Shown in pieces: positions 57,569 to 64,000 of a stretch of 64,000 bases of DNA. Made by a program: the position numbers and the translations under genes. This DNA comes from a virus, in the IMG/VR virus record IMGVR_UViG_3300032893_000017, positions 33,319 to 97,318 of that record. One strand, written 5' to 3'. The notes under the pieces are model-generated. The model was not told the DNA's origin and ran no database searches. It was given only the letters and a program-made list of their open reading frames with translations. The first letter of the stretch is position 1; the number at the start of each line of letters is the position of its first letter.

Positions 57569-57737
57569 CTTTTGCTTTCTCCTTGTTTAATTCTGCTATT
57601 TTAGCATCTTCATTTTTTGTGTTTATCTTTCCTGAGTTCAAAAAGAATAAAGCTGCTAATCCACCTGCTATAAAAGTCACTAATCCAATTAAAGCTTCTA
57701 CAAGCAGTTTCCAATGATCTTTAATCCATTGTTTCAT
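57507..57737 (-). CDS. Single-TM protein (i-spanin-like)
   Basis: N-terminal TM and short coil in the lysis cassette. Confidence 0.4.
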   Translation of the reverse strand: MKQWIKDHWKLLVEALIGLVTFIAGGLAALFFLNSGKINTKNEDAKIAELNKEKAKDEKIINDSHYNDYNNDGTIK

Positions 57738-57845
57738 AGTTTACCTCCAAATGAATAATAAATCCAATAGAAAAGAAAAATAGATATCATAAAGAAAATC
57801 GATACGCATATTGCACAGAAAATAATAAGTACATAAAATAGAACA

Positions 57846-58286
57846 CTAGATTGGCTTTTGCGTCTGTGCCTCTTTTTCATCTTCTCTCCTGTCTCTATCA
57901 TCATCTACTCTCAATTTTCTTTTTATGTAATCTGTGATCCATAAAAATAATCCAGCCTTGGTAAGAGCATCAAATATAGCTGTTATAAAGCCAGATATAA
58001 CCCAACACATTAAAGAAAGAACAATATAGAGTAATACATTGAATCCTACAAGAAGACAAATTAAAAGATTCATTCCAAAGCTTGCAATTAAACTTATTAC
58101 TAGAGTAAAAAGTTGTCTCATATCTCCTGTAAGCAATAAGTCTCCATTCTTCTTTTTAAGATTCTTAATTAGGTGGGTTACAATGATTATCAAGAATAGA
58201 ACTACTAAATAAGGAACTGTATACAGCCAATTCTTTTGCAGCCATTGCCATAGCAAGTCTACAAGATGGGTTTTATCTACTGGCAT
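57846..58286 (-). CDS. Holin-like 3-TM protein
   Basis: Three TM segments, charged C-terminus, near the M23 lysin. Confidence 0.55.
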   Translation of the reverse strand: MPVDKTHLVDLLWQWLQKNWLYTVPYLVVLFLIIIVTHLIKNLKKKNGDLLLTGDMRQLFTLVISLIASFGMNLLICLLVGFNVLLYIVLSLMCWVISGFITAIFDALTKAGLFLWITDYIKRKLRVDDDRDRREDEKEAQTQKPI

Positions 58287-58296
58287 ATTTTGCTCC

Positions 58297-58485
58297 TTAT
58301 TTTACTTTCTTTATTCTTAACTTGTCTACAATATCCATGATTACTTCTCTTATTTTGTCTGCAATACCTACGAACTGGGTAGGAAAGATACAGTACAAAA
58401 CAATAAGAGTAATTACTGCTCCTATAAAGCCATAGACATTAAGAGCTCCTAGAAGTTTTAAAATAAAAATTAAAATCTTTAACAT
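58297..58485 (-). CDS. Small membrane protein (holin/antiholin-like)
   Basis: Hydrophobic, AGGAGG SD. Confidence 0.45.
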   Translation of the reverse strand: MLKILIFILKLLGALNVYGFIGAVITLIVLYCIFPTQFVGIADKIREVIMDIVDKLRIKKVK

Positions 58486-58504
58486 ATCTTTATCCTCCTG
58501 ATAT

Positions 58505-58533
58505 ATTATATAATTTTTTACTGTAAAAGTAAA
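58505..58533 (-). promoter_or_regulatory. Sigma70-like promoter
   Basis: TTTACT-N17-TATAAT. Confidence 0.5.
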
Positions 58534-59061
58534 TTAAATTAATCCATGGTCTGTAAGGTACTGGATTGGGTCTATATATCCATGAATGCATTCTAAGTCA
58601 TTTCTGTCTTGATTAAGCAATCCACCTCTAACATCCACTAATCCAATTTGATAATGCAAATGGTCCCCAAACCCAACTCCAGTATGTCCCATCTTTCCTA
58701 AAATATTTCCTTTTGTTCCAAGTATCATTCCTCTTGTAATTGATGGATGGATATATTCTAGGTGATTGTATGTATCAATTATGTTTAGTTCCTGATTCCA
58801 TATTACTATTCTGTTTCCATAGCTGGGTTTGTCTGGGTTTAGTCCTGCCCAAGTAACCAAACCTTTGAACATATTGAAGATCATTTTGTTGTCTCCAGTA
58901 GGCAGCAAGTCTGCTCCATTATGTCCAGCCAATCCATAATTACTTTGATAGTAAGATTTTCCTGTTTGTGGGTCTGGGAAGTCTACTCCAAACTTTGCTA
59001 CATAATCTCCAATTATAGATACTTTGAATGGGGTATCAAAAGGGCTTAGTGTCTCAAACAT
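58534..59061 (-). CDS. M23 peptidase endolysin
   Basis: GHNGAD, YGN, YNHL, MGHTG..DHLH, IDP. Confidence 0.85.
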   Translation of the reverse strand: MFETLSPFDTPFKVSIIGDYVAKFGVDFPDPQTGKSYYQSNYGLAGHNGADLLPTGDNKMIFNMFKGLVTWAGLNPDKPSYGNRIVIWNQELNIIDTYNHLEYIHPSITRGMILGTKGNILGKMGHTGVGFGDHLHYQIGLVDVRGGLLNQDRNDLECIHGYIDPIQYLTDHGLI

Positions 59062-59411
59062 TATTTTCCTCCTATTTTAACCAAAAAATAAATTAAAGTT
59101 ATTATTTCAAAAAAAGATAAAATACCGTAAATTAAGATTGTTATCCATAATCTTTTTATACTACGATCTTGATTGCTTAGTCTACTTTCTACTTCCTCTC
59201 TTTCCTTTTTAAGATCATCTCGTAAATTCTTAATATCCTTACTAACTAAATCAAAACTTGTTTGTATATTGGTAGATAAAGCATTTAAACCCATTAAGTA
59301 AACATCTTGATTTCTTTTTTGAGTTTTTATTTTACTTCTTACATCTTTTAGTAATTTTGTATTTTGTAATTTTTTATTTACATCTTTTTCAAGTTCTTTA
59401 TTTTTTGTCAT
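59061..59411 (-). CDS. Coiled-coil protein with C-terminal TM
   Basis: Heptad pattern plus hydrophobic C-terminus. Confidence 0.5.
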   Translation of the reverse strand: MTKNKELEKDVNKKLQNTKLLKDVRSKIKTQKRNQDVYLMGLNALSTNIQTSFDLVSKDIKNLRDDLKKEREEVESRLSNQDRSIKRLWITILIYGILSFFEIITLIYFLVKIGGK

Positions 59412-60124
59412 TTCTTTTCCTCTGTATAATATCTAACAATTCCTTTTAATTCATTTTCAAGATACTCTCTTTCTGATTTGTTTTCTAATGCAAACTTTCT
59501 TGTTTTATCTGCAATGTCTTCTACTATTGGGGCAAAATCATTTTTAAAGTTATCCCTGAATTTTTCCATTAGTCTAGCAAATAATCTATTGCTAAGTATA
59601 TGAACACTAGGTAAACTATTCTTGACAATTTCTGGAATAGACAAAACAGTCTCCCTTCTAAAAATTAAAAAATGCTCTTCATCTGCATTTTCATAATCAA
59701 ACAGTTCTATATCTTCTTCATATCTTTCTTTAATATCACCTATTACATTCTTAAGAGATATTGTAAAAAATAATTCTCCTTTGTCTGAAGGAGATTCTTT
59801 TAGTTCTTGCTTAGCTTCTTCTAATAAAAGGATTACTTTTCTTTTTATTTCTTCAAATCTTGACTTGGCATATTTTTTTTGTCTGGATAATGTTTTATTA
59901 GCTAACCCCATAATCTTCATTCTATTATCGTTTGTTTGAAGCATAAAGCCAAGCAGTTTGTTTTCAGAACATGGATGATCTTCACATCTTCTGTCTTTTG
60001 ATAGCTCTATTCCTCCTGTTTTGGAGACTTTAATGTTTGAGAAAATACTTCTAGTAATAAAAAGAAGAACGATTAAAAATAATCCTATTAAAGAAATTAT
60101 TATAACACCCCAAAATGAAAACAT
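59408..60124 (-). CDS. Membrane-anchored hypothetical protein
   Basis: N-terminal TM. Confidence 0.5.
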   Translation of the reverse strand: MFSFWGVIIISLIGLFLIVLLFITRSIFSNIKVSKTGGIELSKDRRCEDHPCSENKLLGFMLQTNDNRMKIMGLANKTLSRQKKYAKSRFEEIKRKVILLLEEAKQELKESPSDKGELFFTISLKNVIGDIKERYEEDIELFDYENADEEHFLIFRRETVLSIPEIVKNSLPSVHILSNRLFARLMEKFRDNFKNDFAPIVEDIADKTRKFALENKSEREYLENELKGIVRYYTEEKK

Positions 60125-60142
60125 AGTTATCTCCTTTTTATT

Positions 60143-61501
60143 TTAATAAAATAAATAATCCTTATCTTGATCATATAGAGTTTGAAATCTTTCTAATAAC
60201 CATGTTTTATTAGCTGCAACTAAATTTTTATAAATTGTAACAAAAGGAGAACTTCCTCCATTAGCAACAACTAAATAAACCATATCATTACTAAATGTAC
60301 AATTCCATCCTTGACCAGTAGGCAGAGTACCTGGATTAGCTAATTTTGTAAATGTATCTCCTGATCGCTTATAAATTGTAACAAAAGGTGTAGTTGTATG
60401 AGCTACAGCTAAATAAGTTCCATCATAAGAAAATGAACAACCACCTCCTGTACCAGCAGGTAAAGTACCTGGATCAGCTAATTTAGTAAATGTATCTCCT
60501 GATCGTTTTAAAATACTTATAAAAGGTGTAGTTGTATGAGCTACAGCTAAATAAGTTCCATCATAAGAAAATGAACATTTATTTGCAATACCAGCTAATG
60601 CTGTTGGACTTGTAAGTTTTGTAAATACATCCCCATTTCTTTTATATATATTTATATAAGGTGTTGTTCCTACAGATACCGCTAAATAATTCATATCATA
60701 ACTAAATGAACAGCCTTTACCATCACCATCAGGCAGAGTTCCTGGATTAGCTAACTTCGTAAAGGTATCTCCTGATCGTTTGTAGATTGTTATAAAAGGT
60801 GTAGTTGCATGAGCTACAGCTAAATAAGTTCCATCAGGACTAAATGAACATTCATACCCTTGACCAGCAGGTAAAGTACCTGGATCAGCTAATTTAGTAA
60901 ATGTATCTCCTGATCGCTTATATATAAGAATATATGGAGTTGCATCAGAAGTAACAGCTAAATAAGTTCCATCAGGACTAAATGAACACCCCTCACAGAT
61001 ACCAGTAGGTAAAGTTAATGGATTAGATAACTTAGTAAATGTATCTCCTGATCTCTTATAGATAGAAAAACAAGGTGTATTATTATGACAAATAACTAAA
61101 TAAACCATATCGTTACTAAATACACATGAAAATCCTATTGAAGGTGGTGGGGTTCCAGGATCGGATAATTTTGTTCCAGGTAAAACTATTGAACCACTAA
61201 CACCTTTATAAACTAATCTTGCAGATGATTTGCTTGGCAGCATCAAATATCCTGCTGTTCCCTTTGTGGTAAACCATTTATTTATAAACCCCATTACATT
61301 TTCTGCATCCCCTTGCAATATTTGACATGCATTTTCTGCAAACAATTCCATTGCATCCCCTTCGTTTGCAGTAACTGGCAAAGTAAGTTGCAGCTGAGCC
61401 CCTCTAACATTATATTTTTTATTAACTGTTAAAGTAGTGCTGCTATCAAGAAAATCTGTTGTCTTTATTACTGCTTCTTTTGAAACTAAACTTCCACTCA
61501 T
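60143..61501 (-). CDS. Tail-associated WD40-like seven-blade beta-propeller protein
   Basis: About seven 46-aa repeats FTKLADPGTLP..G.GCSFSPDGTYLAV....PFITIYKRSGDT; 138-bp DNA periodicity. Confidence 0.8.
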   Translation of the reverse strand: MSGSLVSKEAVIKTTDFLDSSTTLTVNKKYNVRGAQLQLTLPVTANEGDAMELFAENACQILQGDAENVMGFINKWFTTKGTAGYLMLPSKSSARLVYKGVSGSIVLPGTKLSDPGTPPPSIGFSCVFSNDMVYLVICHNNTPCFSIYKRSGDTFTKLSNPLTLPTGICEGCSFSPDGTYLAVTSDATPYILIYKRSGDTFTKLADPGTLPAGQGYECSFSPDGTYLAVAHATTPFITIYKRSGDTFTKLANPGTLPDGDGKGCSFSYDMNYLAVSVGTTPYINIYKRNGDVFTKLTSPTALAGIANKCSFSYDGTYLAVAHTTTPFISILKRSGDTFTKLADPGTLPAGTGGGCSFSYDGTYLAVAHTTTPFVTIYKRSGDTFTKLANPGTLPTGQGWNCTFSNDMVYLVVANGGSSPFVTIYKNLVAANKTWLLERFQTLYDQDKDYLFY

Positions 61502-61513
61502 ATTTTTTCTCCT

Positions 61514-63598
61514 TTATTTTTCAATTATTGATTCTATCGTCCATTCTATTCCACGAGGAAAATAAACAGTTGTCAAAGCACCTTTTGTATTTGCTCCATA
61601 ATTAGCATGATATGCTCCGGTACTATTACTTGTTTTATATTGATATTGAAGAGTCTCAGCAGCACCAAGACTAAATTCAGAAGTTCTTGAACCTTCTAAT
61701 TGGGCATTAGCAATACCTTGTGCAGAATCTACTAACGCAAATATTTTGCTATTTCTTACTATAGTGCCAAAAGTATTATATGTATTAGTGCTATTAGAAA
61801 CATAAATATTTAGTCTTGAAAAAGACTTAACTGTCCTTGTATAAAGTGCTGTATATAATCTTGCATTGTAAGCTCCTGAAATTTCTGAAAGTAAATCAAT
61901 ATCTATATTTTCATAATTTAATACACCATAATTAGACCCTAATGCTAATTGATAACCTGAATGTATTCTAATTAATGTTTGAGGTCTTTTATATATTTGA
62001 GTTTGTGTTTGAATATCTGCTGCAATTACTGTAGATGTTGGAGAGCCTGTCACTGGAACATTTACAGCAAAATGAGTAGCATCTACTATTTCTACTACTT
62101 GAGTATTAGCAGCATAATTAGTACCACTCAAGGACATACCTATACTGTATTTTGTTGAATCCCCACAAGTTATCAAATAATAACCCGAAGTTGAAGATGT
62201 GGTCCCATCTGTAAAACCATTGATAACTTTAGCAACATAAAATATTCTATATATATTTCCACCGTATGTATCCCTTACATATCCATAAGTATTACTATAA
62301 GCAGCCCCTAGATTAAGTTGATTATTTGCTTCTGACCATCCACTACCGGAAATAAGAGTACAATTTTTTAAAAGAAATATTCCCATTGTTCCATCTGATT
62401 CCTTTATTCCTATACCCACATAATTAAAATAACTTATTGATAGAAGAGAAACAACATTTGTAAAAGTAGTATCTGAAGGAAAAGAATACAATACTCCTGA
62501 AGCAACTATTTTCAATCCCCCCTTTACAGTAATATTTGTTGTAGTATTAGTCACATTTAGCCCATCTATATAATTGCTGAATATTCCAAAAGCATCTGCT
62601 AAAGTAGTTTTCTTTCCTGTAAAACTAGAAGCACTATCACTTAAAGCAATCTCATCAGCCAATATAGGAGATGCTTTTAAAGTAAGAGCATCCAAACCTC
62701 CAAACAATGTTGGAACTGTAATTTTCTTTGCTACAAAACTGGCTGCACTGTCATTTATAAGAAATTCGTCTGTTGTTGCAAGAGAGCTCTTAGCTGACAG
62801 TATATCTACTATACCTAACAGAGTAGATAATAATACATAAGCACCTTTCTGACTATTAGCACTGTCTCCAATCAATATCCTATCGGCAGCTACTATTGAA
62901 CTTTTTACAGTGCCTGTTGCTACCAATTTGTCTACCGTCACACTGTTATTTGGATGATCTAAAGTAGAGGCATTTCTGTGGTCATTTATTGTCTTTAATA
63001 GGATTGTTGCAGTTGTTTCTGCTGTCCATCCTGTATTTGCCTCGCCATACTGCGATGTTACATTGTAGATGTTTGCATTTGCTATCCCCCCTACCAAAGG
63101 GACATATATCTCGCATATTTTTGCATATCCCGCATCTGCTGTAGGTGCAACCCCTGCTCCTTCTGACCCTGCTTTTCTAGTTATCAGCATGTCTATCAGA
63201 AATTCTGTATAGGTTAAAGCAACAGTTACCTCACCTGATGCTGGATCTACAAATTGTCTTGATAATTGATTTTGATCGGTATATTTAAAAGTTACCTCTA
63301 ATATATCTATTCTTGCTGACGATGCTGGTGTTGGTATGTTTATTATCTGTTCTGCTGGATTGATTAAAATAGTCCCATCTGACTTTACTACCAAACATTG
63401 CTCTACCTTTACATTGTAATCAGAACCTGTATTTTGTAATACTGGATTTCCTGACAATGATATAATAGCAGCCTGACTTCTAGAAAAGCAATATGTTGCT
63501 ATATCCTTCAGTATTGTCTCATAAACGAATTTTGATATATTATTGAGGTCGGTATAGGCTATGCGCTGATATAACCCCATTTGAACAATTTTACTCAT
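61514..63598 (-). CDS. Tail fibre / baseplate-associated protein
   Basis: RIDIL..GVAP.AD.G.AKICEIYV attachment-like domain, repeated DxxxIxDSA motifs, beta-rich C-terminus. Confidence 0.7.
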   Translation of the reverse strand: MSKIVQMGLYQRIAYTDLNNISKFVYETILKDIATYCFSRSQAAIISLSGNPVLQNTGSDYNVKVEQCLVVKSDGTILINPAEQIINIPTPASSARIDILEVTFKYTDQNQLSRQFVDPASGEVTVALTYTEFLIDMLITRKAGSEGAGVAPTADAGYAKICEIYVPLVGGIANANIYNVTSQYGEANTGWTAETTATILLKTINDHRNASTLDHPNNSVTVDKLVATGTVKSSIVAADRILIGDSANSQKGAYVLLSTLLGIVDILSAKSSLATTDEFLINDSAASFVAKKITVPTLFGGLDALTLKASPILADEIALSDSASSFTGKKTTLADAFGIFSNYIDGLNVTNTTTNITVKGGLKIVASGVLYSFPSDTTFTNVVSLLSISYFNYVGIGIKESDGTMGIFLLKNCTLISGSGWSEANNQLNLGAAYSNTYGYVRDTYGGNIYRIFYVAKVINGFTDGTTSSTSGYYLITCGDSTKYSIGMSLSGTNYAANTQVVEIVDATHFAVNVPVTGSPTSTVIAADIQTQTQIYKRPQTLIRIHSGYQLALGSNYGVLNYENIDIDLLSEISGAYNARLYTALYTRTVKSFSRLNIYVSNSTNTYNTFGTIVRNSKIFALVDSAQGIANAQLEGSRTSEFSLGAAETLQYQYKTSNSTGAYHANYGANTKGALTTVYFPRGIEWTIESIIEK

Positions 63599-63608
63599 TG
63601 CTGTCTCC

Positions 63609-63983
63609 TTATGTTATAGTATATACAAACCAACCAGTAACCTCTTGATCTGAAGTCAGATTGTTTGTTAATCTTACCTGAACTACTATATTTTGAGCAA
63701 AAGTGTTGTTTGTACTCAAATATGTATTTCTCTGGTAAGTAGAATTTAACTGACTGAATACTGCCCCTGCATAATTGCCTATTTCTATTATCGCCCCAGA
63801 ATTAGGAGTCCCATTATTTATAATACTTATACCCAAACCATAAACAGTTAAGGTCTTCCCTGCTGGGACTGTTATTTCTTGTACTGAAGTGCTTGTTCCT
63901 GCAACAAGATATATGGCAGGTGTATTTACAGTTCTAATATCCTGAATTGATGCATTTGCCAATTTAGCAATAGTAACACTCAA
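63609..63983 (-). CDS. Putative tail-associated beta-rich protein
   Basis: Thr/Asn/Val-rich, beside the tail fibre. Confidence 0.45.
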   Translation of the reverse strand: MSVTIAKLANASIQDIRTVNTPAIYLVAGTSTSVQEITVPAGKTLTVYGLGISIINNGTPNSGAIIEIGNYAGAVFSQLNSTYQRNTYLSTNNTFAQNIVVQVRLTNNLTSDQEVTGWFVYTIT

Positions 63984-64000
63984 ATTAGGATGATCTAGAG

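Noticed and set aside
60230-61180. CRISPR array or DGR template/variable repeat
   Set aside because: Repeats are in-frame protein blades with no unique spacers; no reverse transcriptase or cas genes in the window
111-62840. All plus-strand ORFs in the track
   Set aside because: They are Phe/Leu/Ser/Ile-rich antisense shadows of Lys/Glu-rich minus-strand genes, with no recognisable motifs
1-64000. Stop-codon reassignment (alternative genetic code)
   Set aside because: Core genes (polymerase, terminase, portal, helicase) are full length in the standard code, and TAA, TAG and TGA all occur at sensible gene ends
1-64000. tRNA, rRNA, integrase or transposase genes
   Set aside because: None recognised by eye; intergenic gaps are short and lack cloverleaf/TTCGA signatures. 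A tRNAscan run would be needed to exclude tRNAs formally

Overview
Very AT-rich 64 kb segment of a large tailed dsDNA phage, or possibly a phage-plasmid. All credible genes are on the minus strand and the plus-strand ORFs are antisense shadows. In transcription order (right to left) it holds: tail/receptor proteins; a lysis cassette; a replication block (initiator with an internal origin, DnaC-like loader, DnaB, primase, sigma factor); a 7-deazaguanine DNA-modification cluster (QueD, QueE, PRTase-FolE fusion, DpdL-like, radical SAM/SPASM, GT-B glycosyltransferase, DpdA); sliding clamp, UDG-PolA and clamp loader; SbcCD, flap nuclease, methylase, RuvC-like, SSB and RecA; terminase subunits; a 9 kb accessory block with a ParM-like ATPase; the portal; and large multidomain head-associated proteins. 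Four observations stand out. (1) The head-module polyproteins carry effector domains (sigma-70 factor, ADP-ribosyltransferase, pyrophosphatase, zincin peptidases) separated by recurring hydrophobic-x-K-S/A putative protease sites, several led by a repeated HKY..G..YxY tag. (2) The deazaguanine pathway has no QueC in this window but has extra glycosyltransferase, radical SAM and PRTase activities, suggesting an undescribed hypermodified base. (3) A CI/C4-like RNA switch precedes the replication initiator. (4) A homing endonuclease has captured the 5' end of a pyrimidine-dimer glycosylase gene. All family calls are from motif recognition by eye; no database searches were run.
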